Shown here: piece after piece, positions 8,937 through 18,373 of the stretch | How the letters are laid out: each line of letters begins with the position of its first letter | Numbering within the stretch: position 1 is the stretch's first letter | From: Spirochaetia bacterium | Lineage (GTDB): Bacteria; Spirochaetota; Spirochaetia; DSM-2461 | Direction of reading: 5' to 3' | Length of the DNA stretch: 64,000 bases | Assembly (NCBI GenBank): GCA_963668315.1 | Contig: OY764216.1 | Coordinates: forward strand, 1,120,001-1,184,000 | Translations under genes and position numbers: made by a program | Notes under the pieces: model-generated | Seen by the model: only the letters and a program-made list of their open reading frames with translations | Told to the model about the DNA's origin: nothing | Databases searched by the model: none

Positions 8937-9707
8937 ATGAAATTACTGAAAAAAGGAGCTCTTATCGGGAGCTTGGTTATGCTGAATGCCGGACTTTTTG
9001 CCATCACCGGTACGGAAATTGCCCAGAACGCCCACGATGTCAAGGACCCCGCCACGACCCACGCGGCCGTGAAGATGGATCTGGTAAGCGCCAACGGCGA
9101 CGTTGACTCCCGCATGGTAGAAGAGTGGAGCACCGAAGACGGAGACCTGGAATCCACCGTTATGGTTTTCCGCAGCCCCGCTTCCGTGGCCAACACCCGG
9201 TTTCTCCAGAAGGAGAACGACGGCCGCGATGACGACAGATGGATCTACCTGCCCGCACTGAAAAGAGTTCGCCGTATCGCCGCTTCCGACGGGGGAAAAT
9301 CCTTCATGGGAACCGACATGACCTATGACGACATGGGGTCCCGTTCTGTTGATCAGGACACCCATGAGCTTATCGGCGAAGAGACATACGAATCCTGGGA
9401 CTGCTACAAAGTAAAGGGGCAGGCCAAGGATCCGGAAGATTCCCAGTACGCTTACAGAATCACCTGGTTTGACAAGGCTACCTGGTACCCCGTGAAAATC
9501 GAGATGTATGACAAATCCGAACAGCTTGAAAAGGTCATGGTTGTGGAGAGACTTGAGAATATCGACGGTTATGACACTCCTATGGCAGTGAAAATGACCA
9601 ATGTTCAGACCGGACACTATACCGAAGTGACCATGATGAAGATCGTTTTCGACGAACCCATCAGCGACAGACTTTTCACCACCAACTATCTGGAACAGGG
9701 CCGCTAA
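8937..9707 (+). CDS. LolA-like outer membrane lipoprotein-sorting family protein
   Basis: Signal peptide; FRSPASVANTRFL, DDRWIYLPALKRVRRIA and SFMGTDMTYDD motifs typical of the LolA-like family. Confidence 0.88.
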   Translation: MKLLKKGALIGSLVMLNAGLFAITGTEIAQNAHDVKDPATTHAAVKMDLVSANGDVDSRMVEEWSTEDGDLESTVMVFRSPASVANTRFLQKENDGRDDDRWIYLPALKRVRRIAASDGGKSFMGTDMTYDDMGSRSVDQDTHELIGEETYESWDCYKVKGQAKDPEDSQYAYRITWFDKATWYPVKIEMYDKSEQLEKVMVVERLENIDGYDTPMAVKMTNVQTGHYTEVTMMKIVFDEPISDRLFTTNYLEQGR

Positions 9708-9763
9708 ACTTATCCGGGCCCGACCTGAAAAGGGGAGGGCCTTCTATAACAAGGAGAAAAAAC

Positions 9764-11236
9764 ATGAAAAATATTGCTATCTGCGTGTTAACCCTCATGA
9801 TGATAATAGCTCCCCTCGCCGCCGATGATTTTGACTTCGGCGACCTGATGGGCGGTGATGATACCAGCATGGGATTCGAAAGCGCTCCCGCCATTGAAGT
9901 GGCCGGAAGCCTGGCCGTTCCTTTCAGGGCTGGCTGGGGAGACTGGGCCGATTCTGACAGCTGGGACAGCGATTCCTTCGGTGAGGGAAGCTGCTCGGTC
10001 AATCCGGACATGACTCTGGACCTCTCCTTCTCTTCGGACAAGGCGGAGTTCAAGGCCGATCTTAATATAAATGAAGCTGACCTGGAGGACAATCTCTTCG
10101 ACGAGCTGTCCCTGACTTACTACGGCGACAGAATGACCGCTATTTTCGGTTGGCAGAAAGTGGTCTGGGGCAAGGGCGACAAAGTACACGTACTGGACCT
10201 TCTTAATCCCATGGACTACTCCGATTTCCTGAATCCCGAGTACCTGGACCGCAAGATCGCCCAGCCCATGATCAATGTGGCAATTCCCAACAACATGAAC
10301 GGCAAACTGGAACTGGTCTTCGTTCCCTTCTTCGAGGCCGATCAGCTGGCTTCCGACGGAGAATGGATGATGAATGAGACAAAGACTCTGGTCGATACCG
10401 TCACCGGTTTCGTAGAAAATGCCGCCGTTTCGAGTTATGCATCCGATTATAGCAGCTACTACACCTATTTTTCCGGTTTGGGATATACTGCCGCTCAGGC
10501 TGATGCCGCTGCTAACGGTGCCGCCTCCGCTGCCCAGACCATGTTCCTTTCGGAAAACAGCAGCATCGATGCCTTCCTCCCTGACACGAACTCCCTGAAG
10601 TACTTTCAGGCCGGTACCCGTTACACCGCCACGGTGGGACAGGTCGATCTGGGCGCCGTTTACTATATCGGCCGTTACAGAACCCCGAGTGTCAGCGGCA
10701 CCGACTTCGCCAGCCTGAATATCGACTACGATCCCATGCAGGTCTTCGGACTCGAAGCGGGCGGAATCCTCGCCGGTTTCAACCTGCGCAGTGAGGCGGC
10801 CTATTACATGACACAGGACCTCGCCGGAGACGATCCGGATGTGCATAACAACAGCCTGAACTATGTTGCCGGTTTCGACCGGGACATACCGGTCCATAAC
10901 CTGAATGTGAACTTTCAGGCCACCGGAAGCTATATGCTGAATCATGATGACACTCAGGTCGCCGGAGATGTCGAGAACGGCAGCGACGCCACCGAGACAA
11001 CCCTGGTTCTGAATGTCTCCGATTCCTTCAACCACGAAAAGGTGAAACCGGAAGTCACCGTTACCTATCGTGCCGAGGATTTTTCCGGCATGGTAAAACC
11101 CGCCGTAGAGTGGGATGTGGATGGAAACCTTTTCCTTGAACTTAGCGGAACCGTTTTATGGGGCGATGAGGATACTTTCTTCGGTCAGTTTGACGAGAAC
11201 GATTTTATCTCTCTGGAAGCTTCCTACCAGTTCTAA
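9764..11236 (+). CDS. Putative outer-membrane beta-barrel protein (DUF1302-like)
   Basis: Signal peptide, GWQKVVWGKGD...DLLNP motif, amphipathic strands, C-terminal ISLEASYQF ending in Phe. Confidence 0.7.
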   Translation: MKNIAICVLTLMMIIAPLAADDFDFGDLMGGDDTSMGFESAPAIEVAGSLAVPFRAGWGDWADSDSWDSDSFGEGSCSVNPDMTLDLSFSSDKAEFKADLNINEADLEDNLFDELSLTYYGDRMTAIFGWQKVVWGKGDKVHVLDLLNPMDYSDFLNPEYLDRKIAQPMINVAIPNNMNGKLELVFVPFFEADQLASDGEWMMNETKTLVDTVTGFVENAAVSSYASDYSSYYTYFSGLGYTAAQADAAANGAASAAQTMFLSENSSIDAFLPDTNSLKYFQAGTRYTATVGQVDLGAVYYIGRYRTPSVSGTDFASLNIDYDPMQVFGLEAGGILAGFNLRSEAAYYMTQDLAGDDPDVHNNSLNYVAGFDRDIPVHNLNVNFQATGSYMLNHDDTQVAGDVENGSDATETTLVLNVSDSFNHEKVKPEVTVTYRAEDFSGMVKPAVEWDVDGNLFLELSGTVLWGDEDTFFGQFDENDFISLEASYQF

Positions 11237-11258
11237 TCATAAGTATTTTAGTTTTTGC

Positions 11259-11289
11259 AGGGCTGCCCTCACCGGACAGCCCTTTTTTT
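11259..11289 (+). terminator. Rho-independent terminator
   Basis: AGGGCTG...CAGCCCT stem followed by a T7 run, between convergent genes. Confidence 0.75.
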
Positions 11290-13150
11290 ATGCCCGGGAG
11301 ATCCTGTAGCGGCTGAGAACCGTTACTACATCCTTGAGGGAGGTGTCGGTTCGTTTATTCTGCTCAAGAAGCCGCTCCGATTCCTTTGCTATGGATTCGG
11401 AATGACCGGATATATCCTTGATGGCCTCGGTGACATTCTGATTGATATCACGAATCACCGTGACGGCATCCAGAATCTCCTTGTTGCCTATCTGCATCTC
11501 ATTCGACCCCTGAATGACCCCTTCCGATACTTTTTCCAGGTCGTTTATGGCTTTCTCAAGTCCCTTGGAAAAGGCGATGACATTTTCCGAGAAACCGAAC
11601 ATTCTATCAAGGGATGACTGAACATCGGTCACATTCCCATCCATCTGGGAAAAGGAATCCTGCATATCCTTGAACCCTCCCCCTATCTTATTGATACGGG
11701 AAAGAACCTGTTTCAGATTGTTGCCGATGCTCTTGGACTGCAGGGATGCGGTCTCCGCCAGTTTTCTGATCTCTTCGGCTACCACGGCAAATCCCCGTCC
11801 CGAATCTCCGGCGTGGGCCGCCTCGATAGCGGCGTTCATGGCAAGGAGATTGGTTTGTGCGGCCACGGAGGCAATGAGGGTGTTGGCTTCCAGCAGGTGT
11901 TGTGAATCCTGGGTGATCTGTGTGATTTCTTCCTCCATGGTCTGAAGCTGCTCCCGGCTCTCCGCCGTAGAAGACGCCAGGGCGGTACTGTTTTCCCGGC
12001 CCCTTCCGGATATTTCCATGAGCCGCCCATTGGACTCTGTCAATTCGGCAAGAGATTCGGATGAAACCTGGAGTATCTCCTTCTGTTTTTCTATGGAATC
12101 GCCCAGGGATTCGATGTTCCGGGCCAGCTGTTCAACGGCGGCGGTCGTTTCTACGACACTGGTGCTGTGTTCTTCCATTTGTTCCGAAGTGTGGTTGAGA
12201 TGCTCCCTTATGACGGTAAGAGCCGAAGCCATCTCTTCCACCCGGTGGCCCAGCTCACTCTTATCCTTCTCCAGATCCTCGACATTGTTCAGGATCAGGC
12301 TGAATCCGCCGTTAAGACTGACAAAGAGATTGTTGGCCATCTGACTCAGCAGACCGATTTCATCGGTGGAATTGACAGGTATGGAGACAGTCAGATCCCC
12401 CGATGAGCCGGTTTGAAAATTGGTCAGCATGTCCTGTACGGGAGTGATCATGTTTTTCATAATGAGGGTAAGCATCATGAGCATGAATATCAGGGCCGAT
12501 AACCCCGCTATCAGGAACAACTGGATTCTGGGGAGGGGAAGAGTTCTGCCCAATTCCACGGCGATGGAGGAGATCATCTCAATATGAAGGAACATGATTA
12601 TCGTTCCGACAAAGGAGCAGAGGATTCCCAGGGACAGCTTGAAACGGAGAGAAAATATCGTTTCCAGTTCCTTGCTGTTTTCCCGGACGACCTTATCGTA
12701 GCGGGTATTGACTACCGCCATTAAAGGAATAAATATCATAAGGAAGAAAGGAACAATCCAAAGGATGGTAAACAAGACCCTTCGGGGGAAAGCTATTTTA
12801 ACCAGAAGTCCCAGATTGACCGCCCCTCCGAGGCATACAACAAGAAAGAGGATAGACAGATTGAGCATCAGGCTAATCCCGAACTGGCGCTGACTCTTCC
12901 AGTCAAGGGCTTCTCGTTCCTTCTTCCCGTATCGGGAGAGGGGAAGAAGGGCCAGGGCGGCCCCGGCTGCCAGAGTAACAAGGGCGCTGACCTTGATCAG
13001 AGGGTGAAGGGCTATCTGGATAAGCTCATCGGTTGTGATAAAGCCGCTGAGAAAGGAAAAAAGCGTCAGAAAAACGGGCGCCGTAAGGGGAAAGGAAATA
13101 AAAAGGGTCAGAACAGCCCTTCTCAGTCTTTTAAAATTATCTTTGTTCAT
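11288..13150 (-). CDS. Methyl-accepting chemotaxis protein with a multi-TM sensor region
   Basis: HAMP ([16 protein letters not shown]) and signalling hairpin [34 protein letters not shown]. Confidence 0.95.
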   Translation of the reverse strand: MNKDNFKRLRRAVLTLFISFPLTAPVFLTLFSFLSGFITTDELIQIALHPLIKVSALVTLAAGAALALLPLSRYGKKEREALDWKSQRQFGISLMLNLSILFLVVCLGGAVNLGLLVKIAFPRRVLFTILWIVPFFLMIFIPLMAVVNTRYDKVVRENSKELETIFSLRFKLSLGILCSFVGTIIMFLHIEMISSIAVELGRTLPLPRIQLFLIAGLSALIFMLMMLTLIMKNMITPVQDMLTNFQTGSSGDLTVSIPVNSTDEIGLLSQMANNLFVSLNGGFSLILNNVEDLEKDKSELGHRVEEMASALTVIREHLNHTSEQMEEHSTSVVETTAAVEQLARNIESLGDSIEKQKEILQVSSESLAELTESNGRLMEISGRGRENSTALASSTAESREQLQTMEEEITQITQDSQHLLEANTLIASVAAQTNLLAMNAAIEAAHAGDSGRGFAVVAEEIRKLAETASLQSKSIGNNLKQVLSRINKIGGGFKDMQDSFSQMDGNVTDVQSSLDRMFGFSENVIAFSKGLEKAINDLEKVSEGVIQGSNEMQIGNKEILDAVTVIRDINQNVTEAIKDISGHSESIAKESERLLEQNKRTDTSLKDVVTVLSRYRISRA

Positions 13151-13222
13151 GATGTCCTGCCTCGGGATTTTATGTCTACATTATTACATTGTAGTCATTA
13201 CCCGGGACAAGTCAAACTTTTT

Positions 13223-14905
13223 TTATCCGAGAGAATCGGCTTTTCTCTGCCGCTCCCAGACCATCAGGGACAATTTCTTTCGGGCCGTTCTTTCTTCCAG
13301 AATCCCCATGCAGTTTCCGTCCTTATCCGTCAGGGAGAGGAAATCGCGGTTGTTCTTTTTCATCAGGGCAAAGGCCTCCTGGGCACCAGCCTCGGCAGGA
13401 CATGTTCCCAGGAGGGGCAGCATGATGTCATGGGCCAGGAGGAAAGGAGAAAGTTCAGAGGCGATGAAAGTATCTTTGAGAGTATCGATCGTGATAATGC
13501 CTATGACCTTCTTTTCCCTGTTGATAACCGGATAGACCAGGTCGTCCCTTTCGGAAAAAATCTGAAGGATCTGCTCGATGGTCTTGTTCTCTTCGATCAT
13601 CATGGTATTGGTCATCAGGTCGGACGCCAGGCTCCTGGCAATCAGATCCTCTTCGGTGATATTGAGTCCCGTCTCCCCCGCCCGGTCCACGGCGAATTTG
13701 ACGCTGGGGGGACCGAGCAGCTGAACGACGAAGGTCGTCGTCGTCACGACCATGACGATGATTCCCCCCAGGGGATCGGGAAAGGTCTGCCCGGCGATCA
13801 CGGAGAGCCCCACGGCCACACCGGCCTGGCTGAGAAGACAGAAGGGGAGATATTTCTTCACCGTGGCCGGAGCCTTGGATATTATCGCTCCCAGGGTGGA
13901 ACCGAGAAACTTGCCTCCCGTCCGTCCGATAAGGAACAGGGCGGCCAGCAGAGCCACCAGTCCGTTTATGGAACTAAGGTCCATTTTGCCTCCCACCATG
14001 ACGAAAAACAGGACATAAATGGGGGGGGTGAATTTTTCCACGAGGGCAAAGAGGTTTTTACTCTTTTTGGGAGAGAAATTCACCATGAAGAAGCCCATGG
14101 ACATGGCGCACAGTATCGTATCCAGATCAAGGATCTGGGTGAGGCCGATTATCAGCAGAATGATTCCCAGAGAGAATACAAGAATCTTGTCATCATCGAT
14201 ATAACCGCGGATCAGTTTGGAGAGTCCCCAACCCATAAGCGAGCCGACGATAATGGAGCCCCCTATCTCCCAGGCAAGCATCAGAAGGCCCATTCCCAGG
14301 CCGCCCGTCGCTGTCCCGAGAAGAGCTCCCGCCACGCTGGTTGCCACGGCGAATAAAAGGAGGGCCACGCCGTCATCCATCGCTACCAGTCCCAGGACTG
14401 TTGTTGTGAGCGGCCCGCGGGTTTTGTTCTCCCACAAGACGTCGGTTGTCGCCGCCGGTGCGGTGGCCGAGGAGATTGAGCCCAGGAGCAGTCCCAGAGC
14501 CAGGGCTTGTTTGAAATCGTGAAAAATGAAAAAACTGCCCAGGGTCACCAGGACGGATACAACGAAGAATGCCAGAAGCGCTTCCAGGAGCAGAATCCAG
14601 GTGAACTGGCTGCCGTATTTCCTGAGGGTTTTGATCTTCAGTTCCCCGCCGATCATAAACCCGATCAGCGCCAGGGCGAAAGAGCTGAAACCCTGCAGAT
14701 TGACAATTGACTGCCGGGAAATCAGTTTAAGACCAGACTGCCCCAGGATGATGCCTATGGCTATATAGCCGACAACCTGGGGAATCTTGATTTTCTGGAA
14801 GAGTCTTCCGCCGGCGGAACCGAGAAAAAGAACCAGACCAAGGAGAAGAATGACGTTGAAATGTCCGGGAGTTACCGATTCGATAATCCGGGAAAATTCA
14901 TTCAT
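13223..14905 (-). CDS. Cation:proton antiporter with C-terminal CBS domain pair
   Basis: About 12 TMs, SATAPAAT and VAMDD motifs; CBS repeats (YPVINREKKVIGII; LTDKDGNCMGIL). Confidence 0.88.
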   Translation of the reverse strand: MNEFSRIIESVTPGHFNVILLLGLVLFLGSAGGRLFQKIKIPQVVGYIAIGIILGQSGLKLISRQSIVNLQGFSSFALALIGFMIGGELKIKTLRKYGSQFTWILLLEALLAFFVVSVLVTLGSFFIFHDFKQALALGLLLGSISSATAPAATTDVLWENKTRGPLTTTVLGLVAMDDGVALLLFAVATSVAGALLGTATGGLGMGLLMLAWEIGGSIIVGSLMGWGLSKLIRGYIDDDKILVFSLGIILLIIGLTQILDLDTILCAMSMGFFMVNFSPKKSKNLFALVEKFTPPIYVLFFVMVGGKMDLSSINGLVALLAALFLIGRTGGKFLGSTLGAIISKAPATVKKYLPFCLLSQAGVAVGLSVIAGQTFPDPLGGIIVMVVTTTTFVVQLLGPPSVKFAVDRAGETGLNITEEDLIARSLASDLMTNTMMIEENKTIEQILQIFSERDDLVYPVINREKKVIGIITIDTLKDTFIASELSPFLLAHDIMLPLLGTCPAEAGAQEAFALMKKNNRDFLSLTDKDGNCMGILEERTARKKLSLMVWERQRKADSLG

Positions 14906-15356
14906 TGGGTACGCTCGTGATCAGTTCGTATATCTCTTTGTGCGTGGCGGCTTTCATGAGAGCGTTCCTCTTGTCATCATCTTTGAGGCGCTCCATTATC
15001 TGCGAGAGGAGACGTATATGCTGTTTATGCTGGTTCTCTCCCACCAGGATCATGACAATCAGCTTCACCGGTTCGTTATCGATGCTGCCGTAATCTTCTA
15101 TACCCGGGGGAGAGATGCCCAGGGCGGCGATGGGTTCGGAAATTCCCTTGAAACGGACATGGGGGACACCTATTCCCATTCCTATACCCGTGCTCATAAG
15201 CTGTTCTCTGTAAAAGATTTCTCTTTGCAGATCTTCTCCGCTGGCAATCTTCCCTGTGGAAGAAAGACTTTCAATCATCTCCATCAGAGCTTCGGTTTTT
15301 GTTGATTCCTGCAGGATGAGGCAGTTTTCCTCGTGAAATATATTTTTTAGATCCAT
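14898..15356 (-). CDS. PTS IIA domain protein (Fru/Ntr type)
   Basis: REQLMSTGIGMGIGVPH with the phospho-acceptor His; overlaps the antiporter start. Confidence 0.9.
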   Translation of the reverse strand: MDLKNIFHEENCLILQESTKTEALMEMIESLSSTGKIASGEDLQREIFYREQLMSTGIGMGIGVPHVRFKGISEPIAALGISPPGIEDYGSIDNEPVKLIVMILVGENQHKQHIRLLSQIMERLKDDDKRNALMKAATHKEIYELITSVPNE

Positions 15357-15390
15357 TGTACACCTCTCAGAATATTGGCATCACCATATT

Positions 15391-15418
15391 ATGTCTATTA
15401 ATGTCCATCTATGTCTAT
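15391..15418. repeat. Three 10-bp-phased direct repeats ATGTC[TC]AT upstream of the PTS IIA gene
   Basis: ATGTCTAT at 15391, ATGTCCAT at 15401, ATGTCTAT at 15411. Confidence 0.6.
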
Positions 15419-15462
15419 GGGCGTTAAGAGCTTCTCGGGAAAAAAAAGAAACCCCGGCGCCG

Positions 15463-16329
15463 TTAAATCTCAATCCCTATGAATACTCTTACCGCCACTC
15501 CTATGGCGAACGAGAGGGCGGAAACTCCCAGGCTCAAGCCTGCCATTTCCAGAAAATGCCGGACAAAGGAGAGTTCCTTCGCCACGGACAGATAGAAATT
15601 GAACAGGGCGATAATCACCACCGCCGTCAGCAGGGTCACGACCAGGGCCAGGATGAAATTTTCCATGAGAAGGAAGGGAAGCACCAGCAGAATGACGGTG
15701 ACAATATAGGCGAAGCCCGTGTAGATGGAGGCGGTCAGGGCTTTCGCTCCCTTTTCCTGCGCCCGGTGGGAGAGGAATTCCGAAGACGCCATGGAGAGGG
15801 AAGCGGCGATTCCCGTGATCAGTCCGGTTAATGCAATGAGCCGGGTATTCTGGAAGGCGAAGGTGTAGCCGGCCAGGGCCCCCGTGAGTTCCACCAGGGC
15901 GTCGTTCAGCCCCAGGACGATGGAGCCCACGTATTCCAGCCTCTCTTCCTGCAGCATATTCAACAGCTCTTTCTCGTGCTTTTCTTCATCCTTCAGTATC
16001 TGTTCAAGTCCGGGGACTGTATCAATCCGGCTCCCGTACTGCTTCTGCGCTCCCTCCTCCAGCTTTTCCACCATTTTCAGGGTAAAGGTCAGGCCGAGAA
16101 GACGGGCGCAGAATATGACGAATCCGGCATAGAGGCGATTGGGCTTCACATCCACTCCGGACAGTCTATGGAAAATCTCGTAATGGCTTTTTTCATCCCG
16201 GGAAAACTGCGCCAGGAGGCGGCTGTTTTTTTCGTCCTTTTCCATTCGTGCCAGTTTGCTGTAGAAAAGGCTGGCGGTTATCTCTTCTTTCTGGAAGCTG
16301 ATGAGCATTTTTCTTGTTTTCTGATCCAT
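15463..16329 (-). CDS. Ferritin/rubrerythrin-like plus VIT1/CCC1 fusion (MbfA-like metal transporter)
   Basis: N-terminal E...EKSH and E...EEKH diiron-type motifs; VIT1 VLGLNDALVE and GIAASLSMASSEFLS. Confidence 0.87.
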   Translation of the reverse strand: MDQKTRKMLISFQKEEITASLFYSKLARMEKDEKNSRLLAQFSRDEKSHYEIFHRLSGVDVKPNRLYAGFVIFCARLLGLTFTLKMVEKLEEGAQKQYGSRIDTVPGLEQILKDEEKHEKELLNMLQEERLEYVGSIVLGLNDALVELTGALAGYTFAFQNTRLIALTGLITGIAASLSMASSEFLSHRAQEKGAKALTASIYTGFAYIVTVILLVLPFLLMENFILALVVTLLTAVVIIALFNFYLSVAKELSFVRHFLEMAGLSLGVSALSFAIGVAVRVFIGIEI

Positions 16330-16463
16330 GTTCTCTCCTGTCGGGCCGTGCCTGATATGATCCCCGGTATGGTTCTATCTTCCTATATTGGGGGTAATCA
16401 ATCAAGAGGAATAAGGATTAAATGTTCCCCTCGGGATATCGGTCCCAGAGCGGAACGTCCTCC

Positions 16464-17369
16464 TTATCTGAGAATCTTGGCCTCAATGCCGAGTGAAAGA
16501 TCCGGCTGCCAATAAAGCCCCGGGACAAACAGGGAGAATCCCGACGAATCATTCCTGCTTCCCGAGAGCCCTCCCCCGCAGAAGAAGGAGAAAACCTCGC
16601 CCGTCCTGACTCCGACTCTCAGTGTCGCACCTGCGGAGTTTTCCGTTTTGGAGAAGGATTGGAATTTCTGGGTCGTTTTCCCTTCCCCTTCAAGATAAAA
16701 CGATTCACTTTCGTATCTGTATCCTGCGGCGAAGGAGGAGGAAAGATATTCGTCAGCGTAATTGTAACCGGCGGACAGGGAGCAATAGTAGCCGCCGAGC
16801 CCGCTCTGAACCGTCAGGTAAGTCGAGCCCGGGGGGCCCGCTTCGGCCCGAAGATTTACCCAGGCGTTCCTGTGGAAATTGAAGAGCCCGAAAGATTTGA
16901 TGTCTTCCCCTGCTGCGAAGTTGAAAACCCCTATCTGCTTGCCTTCTCCGGTCGATGCAATGTTGAATATTCCGATCTGAGTTCCTGTCAGCTCTCCCGT
17001 CAGGTTCAGTACTCCCGCGATCTGGGTGCCATAGGTCTTTCTCGCATAGTTTAGGCAGCAGATCTGGACACCTTTCAGATCACCCGTTTCGTTAAGTACC
17101 CCGGACAACTGCAGGCCTTCGGTTTTTTGGGCCCAGGAAACTCCCGTAGAGAGATGGAGACCGTGAACATAATCTGCCTCCGAAGCGACCATGCCCAGGC
17201 ATATTCCGGTAGCTTCCCTCACCCCACTATATATGGGTACAGGTACGAACTGAAAGATAATAGGCCTTTCCACAGTAATTTCATTTTCTGTCTCAGCCGA
17301 GCCCATAACAGCCGCCGTAAGATAAATAATCGCCAGTATCATCAGGTTTTTACTGTCAGGTAACTTCAT
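16464..17369 (-). CDS. Secreted LA_2272-like repeat (beta-solenoid) protein with a beta-rich C-terminus
   Basis: Signal peptide; repeats GLQLSGVLN, GVQICCLN, GTQIAGVLN, GTQIGIFN, GKQIGVFN. Confidence 0.7.
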   Translation of the reverse strand: MKLPDSKNLMILAIIYLTAAVMGSAETENEITVERPIIFQFVPVPIYSGVREATGICLGMVASEADYVHGLHLSTGVSWAQKTEGLQLSGVLNETGDLKGVQICCLNYARKTYGTQIAGVLNLTGELTGTQIGIFNIASTGEGKQIGVFNFAAGEDIKSFGLFNFHRNAWVNLRAEAGPPGSTYLTVQSGLGGYYCSLSAGYNYADEYLSSSFAAGYRYESESFYLEGEGKTTQKFQSFSKTENSAGATLRVGVRTGEVFSFFCGGGLSGSRNDSSGFSLFVPGLYWQPDLSLGIEAKILR

Positions 17370-18265
17370 TTAGAAAGCACCCTTACCTTTCCGTCTCCCG
17401 AATGGGCTGCAAGAGTATTCTGGGAAGTCCCAATTTGGCCTTCCAGCCTGTGGGAGTCATATATGGTAACCGGGCCGATGGCGGGCAGATCTGTTCCGAC
17501 CGATCCCAACGCGCTGGAGAGGCTGAGGTCAAGCTGGGAGTCCGCCGGGACAAATACTGTGATTTTCCCCAACTTCGACACCAGCCGGGAAGTTCCGCTG
17601 TATTCTGAGAAATCGATGAGGATATTGCCGTCCGCCGTTTCAGCGTCAACGGATCCCGTTATATTCCGGGCGGTTATCTTTCCCAGTTTTCCCCTTAATC
17701 TCCAGGTCCCGGCGCTGACATTGTCGGCTTCGAAATTTGAATCGGCTCCCATGGACATTTCCACCGCTCTGAACTCCGAGTCGGTAACCGTCAGATTCGC
17801 CTTTTGCATGTTGACGGTCAGCGTCCCGGTCCTAAGCTCCTCAATGCTTGTTGGCACAGAAAAATCCTTAAGCTCCAATTCCCCTTCCCACGTTTCGGGA
17901 ACGAGAATGGTAATCTCAATTGCCCCGATACGTATGCCAATGCCGAATGAATCCACCGGGGAAAGGGATACCGCAGCCTCGCTTCCCCGGCGGGCGTGGG
18001 TCACGGCCAGGGGGGTAATGCGTCCCAGGGAGCGGCGGCCTTTCTGGATTACGGCCAGTTCATCCCCCTCCCAGCTTTTTACCGTAGCGGTTGTCGTTAC
18101 GATGTTCACGCCCAGCCGGACTTCCTCAAGACTATCTCCGTTCACTACGATTTTTTCCAAACCGTTAATCGGTATGCGTGTCTCTTTATCGATAGACTCA
18201 GCGGAAAGCGGATAGAGCAGCAAGAATCCGAATAACAGTACTTGTCCTAAAAATGCTTTGGCCAT
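17366..18265 (-). CDS. DUF4097 family beta-strand repeat (adhesin-like) exported protein
   Basis: Start at 18265 (MAKAFLGQ, SD GGAGG); signal peptide; repeats such as TADGNI, SKLGKI, SALGSV, SGDGKV. Confidence 0.7.
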   Translation of the reverse strand: MAKAFLGQVLLFGFLLLYPLSAESIDKETRIPINGLEKIVVNGDSLEEVRLGVNIVTTTATVKSWEGDELAVIQKGRRSLGRITPLAVTHARRGSEAAVSLSPVDSFGIGIRIGAIEITILVPETWEGELELKDFSVPTSIEELRTGTLTVNMQKANLTVTDSEFRAVEMSMGADSNFEADNVSAGTWRLRGKLGKITARNITGSVDAETADGNILIDFSEYSGTSRLVSKLGKITVFVPADSQLDLSLSSALGSVGTDLPAIGPVTIYDSHRLEGQIGTSQNTLAAHSGDGKVRVLSK

Positions 18266-18355
18266 AAAGCATCCTCCTGAAATATTTTTCATAAGTCTGC
18301 TCTCTGACCGGCATGCCAGCCATCCTATATTGATGGGATTTTGGGGAAAAGGAGA

Positions 18356-18373
18356 ATCACATGGATATGTGAT
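18356..18373. promoter_or_regulatory. 18-bp palindrome, candidate LuxR-type operator
   Basis: ATCACAT-GGAT-ATGTGAT, between the LuxR gene stop and the DUF4097 gene. Confidence 0.55.
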
